64,000 nucleotides of DNA from Candidatus Gottesmanbacteria bacterium (GTDB lineage: Bacteria; Patescibacteriota; Microgenomatia; UBA10105; UBA927). Below the pieces are notes generated by a model. It worked only from the letters and a program-made list of their open reading frames with translations, was not told where the DNA came from and did not search any database. Positions 8,261-17,764 of this stretch are shown here, one piece after another. Location of the stretch: the NCBI GenBank assembly GCA_963790805.1, contig CAWBPL010000002.1, forward strand, positions 1,084,860-1,148,859. Reading direction: 5' to 3'. A program made the position numbers and the translations under genes. Within the stretch, counting starts at the first letter, position 1, and each line of letters begins with the position of its first letter.

Positions 8261-9259
8261 CTAGAGTGTGTATTTAGTATACTCACCTTTGCAGGGTGGT
8301 CCGTAGCATACATGAACAATACGCTTTGACGGTTCGATAATAACCGAACCGATTGTTGCATCCGATCGACAAATAGGATATTGGGTGTTCGTTGTATCCC
8401 GAAGAAGCGATTTCATTTGTTCGACTGATGCCACAGTACGAATTAATTCGTGTGCACGTTCGTAACGAAAAATTGAGCTTGGGCTCTTTTCCGTTTCATA
8501 TTGCTGCATGTGGTGAGACATAAAATGATTTGTGTGAACATATGTGACATGCTTCATGCGCTGGACGTCTAAATCATTTCCGGATATTTCAATATTCCTA
8601 ATTTCATTACCTTGTACGAGTACGTGATTAAAGCCCGACGCACGTTGTGTTTGTTTTATAAGGGATTCCGCTTCATTCAGCGACCTGCATTCGAGAATTG
8701 CACGCGCAAGAAAATTTTTTGGAACACCAATCGTTGATTCTTCGCATAAATCGTTTATGCATTGAACAAGACCATACGAATTGATTGACGCTGAAACACC
8801 GGGTAAACTCATTGCGTAATTAAGACCGAGAAAGGTAATACCGTTTACTTTGGCTTTTAACACATAGAGCTGGTCTATACTTGAGGATATCCAGTCTTCA
8901 TTGTGACCAACGATTGAACCCGCGGGAGTGTTAGCGATAGCGATTGTACAGTGATCATTTTTATTATTTTGTTTTTCTTCCTCTATGTCATAGATTTCCC
9001 GTGTATTACAAAAAAAATAATCCGCGACGCCTACAGATGCAGCTTGGGCAATTGCGGTAAGTTCTTCCATATATTGCGGGAATGTTTGTAAGGTAAGAGT
9101 GAAATACGGATATGTTTTTTCGAGAAACGTTTGATAGTGAGGTATTTGAGTTTTCCGTTTTTGTATGTAAAATTTTATTTGTTTTTGAAACGTTTCACCG
9201 ATCGCATGTCCAATATCGCGATGCGAACCAGCAACTTCGATATACGGAAATTTTTTCAT
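8261..9259 (-). CDS. peptidase C45 / acyl-CoA:6-APA acyltransferase family protein
   Basis: NDHCTIAIA (autoprocessing Cys context) and GHNEDW motifs. 332 aa. Confidence 0.55.
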   Translation of the reverse strand: MKKFPYIEVAGSHRDIGHAIGETFQKQIKFYIQKRKTQIPHYQTFLEKTYPYFTLTLQTFPQYMEELTAIAQAASVGVADYFFCNTREIYDIEEEKQNNKNDHCTIAIANTPAGSIVGHNEDWISSSIDQLYVLKAKVNGITFLGLNYAMSLPGVSASINSYGLVQCINDLCEESTIGVPKNFLARAILECRSLNEAESLIKQTQRASGFNHVLVQGNEIRNIEISGNDLDVQRMKHVTYVHTNHFMSHHMQQYETEKSPSSIFRYERAHELIRTVASVEQMKSLLRDTTNTQYPICRSDATIGSVIIEPSKRIVHVCYGPPCKGEYTKYTL

Positions 9260-9405
9260 TTGTGCCCTCCATGCACTTACATTCGAACACCTTTTAGCCT
9301 GGTTTGATCGAATGATGCGTGAATTTCAGGTTTCCTAACAGAGTAATTATATATCAGCTTATCTAGCGTAAACAAATCCCATCATGGACTAAAAATTGAG
9401 GGTGA

Positions 9406-9621
9406 TTACTTAAAAGGCAATTCGAGATTGAGAACCTTATAAAGTCTTCGTATTTTATCCAGAGTAATATTAGCTTTTCCGCGTTCAATCATGGCATAGT
9501 AGTTAATATCTATGCCAGCTTGGGTACCCACTTCTGCCTGGGTGAGTTTCAGTTTTTCACGAGCCTCTTTAAATATCTTGCCTAATTCTTTTTGAGTTTT
9601 TTCCTTCGGGTCTATATTCAT
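9406..9621 (-). CDS. XRE-family helix-turn-helix transcriptional regulator
   Basis: 71 aa. LKLTQAEVGTQAGIDINYYAMIERGKANITL is a classic HTH_3 pattern. Confidence 0.8.
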   Translation of the reverse strand: MNIDPKEKTQKELGKIFKEAREKLKLTQAEVGTQAGIDINYYAMIERGKANITLDKIRRLYKVLNLELPFK

Positions 9622-9708
9622 ATGTTGATAGTATACTACCTTCAGTCAATTATCCGCAAAAAAAGAGGCGTTTTGGAATTTATTGAACTTTTTCGCTATA
9701 ATAGGAGC

Positions 9709-9975
9709 ATGAAATCAAAGAACATCGTTCAGGAGAAGCTAAGAAACTCAGAAACGGAAATAGATATCAATGTTGGTCTCTATAAATCCGAAATACAAAA
9801 GTTAAGCACCGAAGGCCTTAATCGTATCTTCAAAGATCGTTCTGAAGCATTAAAATTTGCCAAAAAAGGAATTAAGAAAATTGATCCCCGAAATCTTAGT
9901 GATGAGAATGTTGATGCCTTGGCAAGCGAAATGCAATTTTTTGCAAAGTTGATATTGGAAGAAAGAAAATTTTAA
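9709..9975 (+). CDS. hypothetical protein (divergent from the XRE gene)
   Basis: Start moved to the ATG at 9709, preceded by AGGAG. 88 aa, charged and helical-looking. Confidence 0.4.
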   Translation: MKSKNIVQEKLRNSETEIDINVGLYKSEIQKLSTEGLNRIFKDRSEALKFAKKGIKKIDPRNLSDENVDALASEMQFFAKLILEERKF

Positions 9976-10066
9976 AGAGAATACAATTTATTGTCTGGTA
10001 AATGAACCAGCATTTAAAGCGACGGTCATCCTAGAGACATTGAAGAGAGACTCTTGCGGAACAAAA

Positions 10067-10759
10067 TCAAGACATACCATCATGTTTAATTCTTCCCTGT
10101 TCAAACTCAATAATCCTTTTGCAATTTTGTTTAATAAATTCCATCCAGTGGCTGGCTATAATGATCGTTTTCCCTTGTTTAAAAAATTCTTGAGTTTTTG
10201 CTATTGACTTTTTACGGAAGTTTTCATCACCGGCACCTATACCCTCATCGAAAATAAGGATGTCTGGATTTGAGGATATCGCTATTGAATATCCCAAGCG
10301 CAATTTCATTCCTTCGGAATAGGTAAACAACGGGGCATCAATAAACTGTCGAATGTCTGCAAACTCGATAATTGATATTAATTTTTCTTCAATTTCTTTT
10401 TTTGTTAATCCCAACAGCATGCCGTTTAGGAAAATATTTTGCAGACCTGTTAAATCTTGATGAAACCCCGCTTCTAAGTCAATGAGAGAGACAACATTAC
10501 CACACGTTTTTACCTCTCCCTTTGTTGGCGTTGCAATCCTTGAAATAATTTTGAGTAATGTTGTCTTTCCTGCTCCGTTTGGTCCAATAATTCCTACTGT
10601 TTCTCCCCTCCTAATTGTCAGGTTAATATCTTGTAACGCCCAAAACGTCTCGTTTTTTCCCTTCACGAATTTTTCCACAAACGTTGGCTTTTCGTGGTGA
10701 ATTTCGTATTTTTTGCTTACGTTTGCTAGTTGAATGGCAACGCTATTTTTCATATCCAA
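10067..10759 (-). CDS. polysaccharide/teichoic-acid-type ABC exporter ATP-binding protein (Wzt/TagH-like)
   Basis: Walker A GPNGAGKTT, signature-like YSEGMKLRL, Walker B ILIFDEG. Overlaps the upstream ABC-2 permease gene. Confidence 0.8.
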   Translation of the reverse strand: MDMKNSVAIQLANVSKKYEIHHEKPTFVEKFVKGKNETFWALQDINLTIRRGETVGIIGPNGAGKTTLLKIISRIATPTKGEVKTCGNVVSLIDLEAGFHQDLTGLQNIFLNGMLLGLTKKEIEEKLISIIEFADIRQFIDAPLFTYSEGMKLRLGYSIAISSNPDILIFDEGIGAGDENFRKKSIAKTQEFFKQGKTIIIASHWMEFIKQNCKRIIEFEQGRIKHDGMS

Positions 10760-11544
10760 TCATCAAAATATTTACTTTCTTTTCGGAATATCAATACTCC
10801 TAAAAAGGTAACAACGACAATCACAATCACGTTTGAGGTAATCATTGCTGGCCCTGGTGCTGCTTCGCCTAGAAAACCATATTGGAGAAGTTGAAGAATT
10901 GATGTCAAGGGATTAAGTCTCCAGAGCCACAACAGATTATTAGGAATTAAATGTAAAGTATAAATAATTGGTGTTGCATAAAACCAGATCATTAACAATG
11001 CTTGTACAAAAAAGTTTACATCTCGATATTTGACATTTAATGCGCTGGTAAGAAGACTTAACCCCACAGTAAAAACCAAGAGGAGAAAAAATGCGATCGT
11101 TGCAAGTAAAACACCTATGAGTGATAGTTTGCCAATAAAAAGAACAGCAAACAAGAAAAGGACAACAGAAATCAATAAATGGAAAAAGTTTGAGAGAATA
11201 ATCGACAAGGGTATGACTTCTTTAGGAAAGTATGCTTTTTTAATCAATGTTCGTTCGAATACAATTGATGGAACAGTCTTTGTTAAAGACAATGAGAAGA
11301 AATTCCAGACTAATAACCCGATAAATAGGAAATGGAAATAATACTTGATTGGTTCGCGGATAAAAAACCTGAAGACAAAACCAATAACCAGCATTTGTAA
11401 AACAGGGTTTAAAATCAACCACAGAAAACCAAAAAATGTATATTTATACCGTGTAAGTAAATCTTTCTTAGTCATCTCCATGAGGAGTTCAAAAAAATGT
11501 TTGACTTCTGTCTTTTTATTCTTATTCATATTTAATTCATGCAA
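10750..11544 (-). CDS. ABC-2 type exporter permease (Wzm/TagG-like)
   Basis: 264 aa with about 6 TM segments. Coupled to the Wzt-like ATPase. Confidence 0.75.
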   Translation of the reverse strand: MHELNMNKNKKTEVKHFFELLMEMTKKDLLTRYKYTFFGFLWLILNPVLQMLVIGFVFRFFIREPIKYYFHFLFIGLLVWNFFSLSLTKTVPSIVFERTLIKKAYFPKEVIPLSIILSNFFHLLISVVLFLFAVLFIGKLSLIGVLLATIAFFLLLVFTVGLSLLTSALNVKYRDVNFFVQALLMIWFYATPIIYTLHLIPNNLLWLWRLNPLTSILQLLQYGFLGEAAPGPAMITSNVIVIVVVTFLGVLIFRKESKYFDDWI

Positions 11545-11547
11545 TTT

Positions 11548-12684
11548 TTAATGCAAAAATGAGTTTTGTAGCATTGTTTTTTCTAGTAATTTGACTATTT
11601 TTTCTGTAGCAGCTTTAACGGAAAATTTTTTTGCGTATTCCATCCCCATATTTTTATAAGTATTTAGATTATTTTCATTTGAAAGAACTTTATTTAGAAC
11701 GTCACACCAGGCTTTTTCCGAAGTGTAATCGTTAACATAAAAACAGGAATGATCAAGCGATTCCAATAATCCACCCCGATGGCTAGCAATTATTGGAATA
11801 CCAGCTATTAATGCCTCTGCTCCAATTCTCCCGAAAGCCTCTTCCCATTGTGAGGGAATTAAAAGTATTTTTGTTACCTTAAAGACATCTTTAATATCTT
11901 GTCTTCGTTCCCATGTTGTCAAATTTGAATAGTTATTGAAGTTTAGTCCATCATTTTCCGGTTTATACCAACCGTTTACAGCCAAAAATTCCTGATTCGG
12001 AAATCGTTTTACTAAGTCTAAAAATATTTTTCCACCCTTATAAATGACAGGGTTAACCATTGTGATGTATTGAGGTTCATGAGAATGAATTTTATAGTAA
12101 TCCAAATCAATGGGGGGGTATATTACTGCTGTTTTAAAAATCTTTTGTATATCTTCGTACTTGGTAGCGGTATATTTAGAATTAAAAATAATATGAATAT
12201 TTGAATAAGATTTTTTTAATAATTTTATCGTACCAATACTGTTAGCCCGAAGATGATCTCTAATGAAAAGTAACGTCGGTATATTTTCTTTAATTGCAAA
12301 AGGAAGTACATCCTCAGAAAGACGTGTCTGAGTCATAAAAGTAATATTTTTATAACGTTTCCGGAGGTCTCTATAAAAATCATCTAAGTTCAAGGTGTCG
12401 TGTATCTCTATATTGTACGGGTATGAATACCTTATACATTTTCTCGTTTCACTATATGTGTATGGAATGGAAAATTTTTCTAGTTCTGTTGGAATTTGGT
12501 CAAACCTACTAGGATAATCATGAACAATACCCCTTAAATATGAGCCTACAATCCCCACAGAGTAAACCGGGTACCCTTTTCTAAAAAGCTCCGTTAAAAT
12601 AATGTGAGTTGAAATTTGTGAACCGCCTTCCAAAAATGGGGCAGGGATTCTTTCATTTAAGAAAATTATGCATGGCTTGTCCAT
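11548..12684 (-). CDS. glycosyltransferase, GT4-like (GT-B fold)
   Basis: C-terminal PSQWEEAFGRIGAEALIAGIPIIAS matches the E-x7-E region of GT4 enzymes. Start set at ATG 12684 (MDKPC) to avoid overlap with the upstream gene. Confidence 0.7.
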   Translation of the reverse strand: MDKPCIIFLNERIPAPFLEGGSQISTHIILTELFRKGYPVYSVGIVGSYLRGIVHDYPSRFDQIPTELEKFSIPYTYSETRKCIRYSYPYNIEIHDTLNLDDFYRDLRKRYKNITFMTQTRLSEDVLPFAIKENIPTLLFIRDHLRANSIGTIKLLKKSYSNIHIIFNSKYTATKYEDIQKIFKTAVIYPPIDLDYYKIHSHEPQYITMVNPVIYKGGKIFLDLVKRFPNQEFLAVNGWYKPENDGLNFNNYSNLTTWERRQDIKDVFKVTKILLIPSQWEEAFGRIGAEALIAGIPIIASHRGGLLESLDHSCFYVNDYTSEKAWCDVLNKVLSNENNLNTYKNMGMEYAKKFSVKAATEKIVKLLEKTMLQNSFLH

Positions 12685-12694
12685 AATATGAATG

Positions 12695-13606
12695 TTATAG
12701 AAACTTAAAATATTTTTTATTCCTCTTGATACACTGTCTTGCTCTCCATTTTCCAAAAACCCGCCCGAATAAATCCTTTCGTTCATTCTCGTAAATCGTT
12801 TTGTCTACCATATCTGCTTCACGAAACCCATCTTTACGGACATTACATAATATGCATTCGCCACAATGATAATATGAATCGAGTTGGCATGTGCGTGTAT
12901 ATTCTAATGGTAGGTTTAAGTATTCTCCCTCTTTGATTAGTTGTGATTTATCTAAATAATTGCCTAGAGTTATTTCAATAGGATAACTTGTGCATTGCCA
13001 TGAAAAGTCATGTAACATGGTGCATATCTCCAAATTTAATGCACGGTATGAAGCTAAACTTTCATAGGCAAAGACGTCAATATTTGAAGATAATGTCCCA
13101 AGAAATATTGTTCGAATTTTCTTTTTTTCGTTTTCATCCAAGGTATAAATATAATTAATTGCATTATAAACAAACACAGAAGGTTGAAACGGGACACCTT
13201 GTCTTTGCTTTAGTTTTTTATTAACAAAATCCCATCCAAATTTCGTATTTATCAAAAAAAGTTCTTGTGATGGAAATTCCAAATCAATTATTTTAGGGTT
13301 GTGAAATTGGTTCGGATAACGCTTTTTGAAGTAGTTTGAAAAGTAATCAACTGATCTCATAACAGATGCCGCGTCAGCTGCGGGATATGGTCGTTTATAG
13401 TGGATTGGATATACATCAAGTTTATACTTATCTAGTAAAAGAGCAGTAACTAAAGTTGTATCCAACCCTCCAGATAGCATAGAGATAACTTTGCTACCAG
13501 GTTTTGGCATTTTAAATGCATGGCCTCTCTTTTGAATGAATATTTCTTCAATTTTATTTCTTAAAGAGTTATCTTCTAATGGTTGATTCAATATATCCCT
13601 CTTCAT
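12695..13606 (-). CDS. QueC/ExsB-like PP-loop ATP pyrophosphatase (atypically long)
   Basis: PP-loop SMLSGGLDTT. C-terminal Cys cluster C-x8-CGECILCNVRKDGF resembles the QueC zinc site. 303 aa versus about 220-230 for canonical QueC. Confidence 0.6.
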   Translation of the reverse strand: MKRDILNQPLEDNSLRNKIEEIFIQKRGHAFKMPKPGSKVISMLSGGLDTTLVTALLLDKYKLDVYPIHYKRPYPAADAASVMRSVDYFSNYFKKRYPNQFHNPKIIDLEFPSQELFLINTKFGWDFVNKKLKQRQGVPFQPSVFVYNAINYIYTLDENEKKKIRTIFLGTLSSNIDVFAYESLASYRALNLEICTMLHDFSWQCTSYPIEITLGNYLDKSQLIKEGEYLNLPLEYTRTCQLDSYYHCGECILCNVRKDGFREADMVDKTIYENERKDLFGRVFGKWRARQCIKRNKKYFKFL

Positions 13607-14913
13607 ATTCGTTTAAGATCGTGTATAAATTCTTTCACTATTTCTTTTCTAAGGTGAGGCAGGAAGAAGAATTTGTATATAATTTCCTTACTTTCTTTAT
13701 TCGGATAAAATAAAAGTTTTGTTTTGGCAGGATATAACCAATATTTATCCTCAATAATATGGGGAAGTTTATTGTCCTTCAGTGAGTGAAAGATGACCCC
13801 ACAAGAAAGACTATTAGTGTTATTAATTAGTTCAGCTGTCGGAAATCTATTACCTAATTCTTCAATAAAATACTGTTTATTTTGCATTTGATCTTTTATC
13901 ATCTGGGCATACCCCCTTTTACCAAATAGGTGAATCGCTGCCCAAATAGATGCTGCTGATGCTCCTGGGCGAGAACCTAAAAAAGTGGTATCTAATACAT
14001 GAAGATAATCTATTGGCTGTTCTATAAGCTCTCTAAGTTGTCTACGATACAGTACTATTCCTGCGGAATATGGCACTAAACCGAATTTGTGAAAATCTAC
14101 AACAATTGTTTTTATCAATGGAGAAAAAAACGGAGTAAAAGATTCGTTGAGAAATGGCTCGATAAGACCGTTCAACGCTGCGTCTATCCAGATGTAATAA
14201 TGTGTACCAGGGTACTCTTTCTCTAATATTTCTACTGTTTGAATAATCTTAGGTATATTGTCTTGCGTCCCGGTTGAAGTATAACCAATAGTAAGTGGAA
14301 CCAAAAATCCTCTTATTCCCTGATCATATAATCGTTTAACCAGTTTTTGTAAGCCATCACTGTCCATTCCAAATGTAGTTGGATCAAGAGGGACAAAATA
14401 ATGAGTGATATCGCAAATATTCCCGGCTTTTCGAATAGAATAATGCGTTAAATTTGTATACAATAAGGTGATTTGTTCTTTATTGCAAAATTGCGATAGA
14501 TATGATCTACCCATCCATAGCGAATAAATATTGCCTTCAGTTCCACCGCTAGTTACATAACCTTCTAAATCTTCTTTTTGGGCGTGGTACAAATCAATTA
14601 TTTTTTTGATGACCTCGTATTCTAGCTGTTGTGTATTATACTCTGGTGATTTTATAGACCAGTTACCTAAATGATTCGGATTGTATTTAAGAAAAGATCC
14701 ATATACATCAGCTAAATATGGATTAGTTTTAGTATATAAAGCTCCTAAATTATAAGAGACATTGCTATGTTTTAGGTCATTTTTTACACTAAACAATCGT
14801 GCATTAAGCTGAATTTTAGAAATTGGTTCTTCAGGAAATTTGTCTTGAGTTATACCTTTATTTAAAAAATCCTTAATTACTTTTCTAGCTAAAATTTTAA
14901 GTCCTGTTCGCAT
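13603..14913 (-). CDS. PLP-dependent group II decarboxylase-like enzyme
   Basis: SGGTEGN motif and the VDFHKFG Lys-containing PLP site. 436 aa. Confidence 0.65.
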   Translation of the reverse strand: MRTGLKILARKVIKDFLNKGITQDKFPEEPISKIQLNARLFSVKNDLKHSNVSYNLGALYTKTNPYLADVYGSFLKYNPNHLGNWSIKSPEYNTQQLEYEVIKKIIDLYHAQKEDLEGYVTSGGTEGNIYSLWMGRSYLSQFCNKEQITLLYTNLTHYSIRKAGNICDITHYFVPLDPTTFGMDSDGLQKLVKRLYDQGIRGFLVPLTIGYTSTGTQDNIPKIIQTVEILEKEYPGTHYYIWIDAALNGLIEPFLNESFTPFFSPLIKTIVVDFHKFGLVPYSAGIVLYRRQLRELIEQPIDYLHVLDTTFLGSRPGASAASIWAAIHLFGKRGYAQMIKDQMQNKQYFIEELGNRFPTAELINNTNSLSCGVIFHSLKDNKLPHIIEDKYWLYPAKTKLLFYPNKESKEIIYKFFFLPHLRKEIVKEFIHDLKRI

Positions 14914-14915
14914 AT

Positions 14916-15695
14916 TTATATCTTCTGAATAATTCCTAAGCCAGAATCCTTGGGGAATGGAAAAATAATAGCGTGTTTATCTCCGATTTCTTTCCAAAAC
15001 TTCCAGATGCCAAATAACCCTTTATCCAGATATCCATGTGCAACCACATCATGGAAAGACATAAAGTAACTCTGATCTAATCTCGGCCAAAAGAGATGAT
15101 AGTCAAGTTTTATTCCTTCATATGAGTGGTCTCCATCGATATATATGTATTGGTATCGTTTTTTGGGAAATTTTTTAGCATATTCTTCGGTAGTCATCAC
15201 ATAGGTAGTGATGTAATTATTTATACCTATTTTGGCAAAATGCTTATCCGGATCTTCTTTTTTCCAAAAGCCAATTCCACTCCAATGTATCGTTGGTTGA
15301 TCCCGATCGTATCCAGCATCAACAAAATCAATATGTCCGTAACCATTATCCTTACAGGCTAAAGCTATAGTTGCCGGAATAAATCCTTTGCGTGACCCAA
15401 TACATAAGATACTTTTGGGTTTGAGATTTCGAACAAACGCATAGTGAATTAATCCGAATCCTAAAAAATATTGGGTGTAATTTACACAATGTCCATCATC
15501 ACCGTTATATATTTCAACGAGTTTTCGACTAATTGATCGTTTAACAAGAGATTGCTGATATGATGGGAACAAAAAACCTGCATTAATGAGAGTCTCTTTT
15601 GTCCAGATTACTCGACGTTTTATAATCCAATATAATTTTCGAAAACCAAACCATTTAACCCTGTCCAAAAACTGAAGCATTTCATCTTGCATCAT
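14916..15695 (-). CDS. class I SAM-dependent methyltransferase (Methyltransf_24/TylF-like)
   Basis: ILCIGSRKGF (motif I-like) and YIYIDGDHSYEG. Start set at the ATGATG preceded by GGAGG with 5-nt spacing. Confidence 0.6.
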   Translation of the reverse strand: MMQDEMLQFLDRVKWFGFRKLYWIIKRRVIWTKETLINAGFLFPSYQQSLVKRSISRKLVEIYNGDDGHCVNYTQYFLGFGLIHYAFVRNLKPKSILCIGSRKGFIPATIALACKDNGYGHIDFVDAGYDRDQPTIHWSGIGFWKKEDPDKHFAKIGINNYITTYVMTTEEYAKKFPKKRYQYIYIDGDHSYEGIKLDYHLFWPRLDQSYFMSFHDVVAHGYLDKGLFGIWKFWKEIGDKHAIIFPFPKDSGLGIIQKI

Positions 15696-15729
15696 AAAAT
15701 CCTCCAATCAAAGATGCTTGCTTCAGCAC

Positions 15730-15760
15730 AAAAAAACCGGAAGTCTAATCGATCTTCCGG
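15730..15760 (-). terminator. intrinsic terminator or attenuator hairpin upstream of the glycan operon
   Basis: Minus-strand CCGGAAG-atcgattagaC-TTCCGG followed by T7. It lies 35 nt upstream of the methyltransferase start. Confidence 0.6.
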
Positions 15761-15800
15761 CAACTTACGAATATAGGAAAAGAATCTAGTAAGCTTTCTT

Positions 15801-15858
15801 AGTGAGTGAGTGAGTGAGTGAGTGAGTGAGTGAGTGAGTGAGTGAGTGAGTGAGTGAG
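15801..15858. repeat. tetranucleotide simple-sequence repeat, (AGTG) x 14.5 units ((CACT)n on the minus strand)
   Basis: Uninterrupted 58-nt tract read directly from the sequence. Confidence 0.98.
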
Positions 15859-16351
15859 TTCGGACTACCCCTTCGTTTATGGATTGTTTTTTCTGCATAA
15901 GTTCTTAAATGACTGATTTGTTCTTATTATTTTATACCAGATTTTCACTGTACTAGCAATGAAATATTTGAATCCTCATACATGTTTAAACTGGATAAAT
16001 ATTTTTAGGATCGTTAAATCAACGAAAATATTTTAATAAATGTATACATTAGCAAGTCGACTGTAGATAATGGCTCGAATAATGTGCAGATATATACAAA
16101 TTGATTCAACATTGACTAAGGATCTGTATTTATTCTCACAGTGATTATAAGTCAAATTTGTTTCCAAGAGAATACAGGGGTCTTGCCCCTCTTTTGGCAA
16201 GGGTTTCCGGCTTCGCCTCCAATAAACTGCGCTTCGCTTGCCCTTGCCCAACTCACCCCGCTTTAAAGATTTCCAAGTATTGGAAGCATGGGCATGCTTC
16301 CAAATAATTAATTTTCCGGAAGCAGCCAAAAGAAAGGAGGTGAATAAATAC

Positions 16352-16665
16352 ATGCAGTTATTAACAAAAGAACTATTAAAAAGATTTGAAAAAGTAGGCA
16401 GACAAGAAGAAGCAACGATCCGATTGTCATCGCTAAGTTTTTTAATCCAGCCGGAGCCGGTACATGGTACGCGACAGAATACGATCCCAGAAGCGAAAGA
16501 ATTTTTCGGCTACGTTTCAATTTTTGGAGATTGGAACGACGAATGGGGTTCGTTTGCACTTCCGAGCTTGAAAGCTACCGCGGAAAGTTTGGACTAGGTA
16601 TTGAGCGGGATAGATATTTTGAAGAGAAACCGATTAGTCAGGTAGTGCCAAAAGCTAAATTATAA
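16352..16665 (+). pseudogene. DUF2958-family gene with frameshifts
   Basis: SD AAAGGAGG then ATG. MQLLTKELLKRF.. in frame a, FNPAGAGTWYATEYDP in frame b, EAKEFFGYVSIFGDWNDEWGSF back in frame a, GLGIERDRYFEEKPISQV in a third frame. Confidence 0.65.
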
Positions 16666-16679
16666 CAGGTACGCAATAA

Positions 16680-16710
16680 ACAGCCCTGTGAGTAATCACG
16701 GGGCTGTTTT
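16680..16710. terminator. bidirectional intrinsic terminator between convergent genes
   Basis: 12-bp stem ACAGCCCTGTGA/TCACGGGGCTGT, flanked by AAA on one side and TTTT on the other. Confidence 0.7.
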
Positions 16711-17501
16711 ATTCCACATCTTCCCAAACTTCAGCCGTGACCCCATCTTTTTGCACATCTTCCTTTTGAGCAAAACTCATGTGTATATTTTCTTCTTCCG
16801 CTTCAACCAGAAGTTTTTTGGTATATCGTTTACAGCGAATCAATAGCTCTTTTGTTTCACAGACAAACAAAATCTCAGGTGCTGTTTTAATATGCCCTAT
16901 CCATTCGCATTCTGTTAAAAATTCAAGATAGGTTCTGATCCGTTTTCTGACTCGATACGCGGGAAGTTTGGTGGTGAGAATCTCCAAAAGATAGTAACTC
17001 ATTTTATTGTTTTTCTTCCTTGTAAATACAAGGTGGGGATGGAGTTCTAATAGCATACCGGAAAAATAAAAGTGGGATTTTGGATTTGTGTATTCGTTTT
17101 CGGTGGCCCACTCAAAAGATAGTTTCTCGTTGGGTTGATTTTTCAAATCAAGACAAATATCAGCCACAAGCTGGCAGGTGGAAATAAAGGTATCCGATCG
17201 ATTTTTGTCCCGGTAGAGTTTTTGTAATACCGTGGGGTCATATCCGTCTTGTGTCTTTAGCCATCGTATCCCATTAATTCCCCAGGAAGTACACTGCCGG
17301 TTGGTTTTTTCCTAAAAATGTAGATGGGTCATATATTCTATTCAAATATTCCTTTTTGACTAGATATGGTAGCCAGATATTTATTTTTCCTTTACTTTTA
17401 TGATTGAGGAATTTTTGAATTTGAGTACTGTTGAGGAATCTATATGTATATTGTTGCTTTATTATTTCTTGTTGTTGATGTGTTAGTTTTGGGAGTGTCA
17501 T
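16709..17501 (-). pseudogene. replication-relaxation family gene split by a frameshift
   Basis: N-terminal part (17274-17501) reads LTHQQQEIIKQQYTYRFLNSTQIQKFL.. The remainder continues in another frame (..GINGIRWLKTQDGYDP..VADICLD..). The break sits at a C4/G4 run (17280-17283). Confidence 0.6.
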
Positions 17502-17764
17502 GTTTATGTTATTTATTAATTAATTTTTATTATTTTTTACTTTAATTTCTTATGCCACCCCCAACACACTCCGTTTCTTTTAAAGGTAGGTGACACAAAT
17601 ATTTTAAAATTAGCCTCAAATGTATCATATTTTGGTGATAGCCCGTTATCACTATTTTTGTAAGGATTTTCGGACGGGTTTATGTGTGTTTTTTCTCCTT
17701 AATCCACCAGTTTTTCCGGCATTCTCCTTCATCTTTTTACCTGTCTTTTCTTCCGGTTCCTCAC

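Noticed and set aside
9260-9405. Left att site of the island (ATTCGAACACC resembling the tRNA-Leu T-arm complement ACTCGAACCCAC)
   Set aside because: Only about 8 of 12 positions match, which is indistinguishable from chance without a search.
15692-15898. 68-codon ORF translating the SSR as HSLT repeats
   Set aside because: Not annotated as a gene. It has no SD, its sequence is dominated by the tetranucleotide repeat, and it contains the terminator hairpin. It is kept only as a possibility inside the SSR finding.
16033-16353. 106-aa minus-strand ORF in the AT-rich junction
   Set aside because: It has a low-complexity translation, no SD, and overlaps the DUF2958 promoter/SD region. It is likely spurious.
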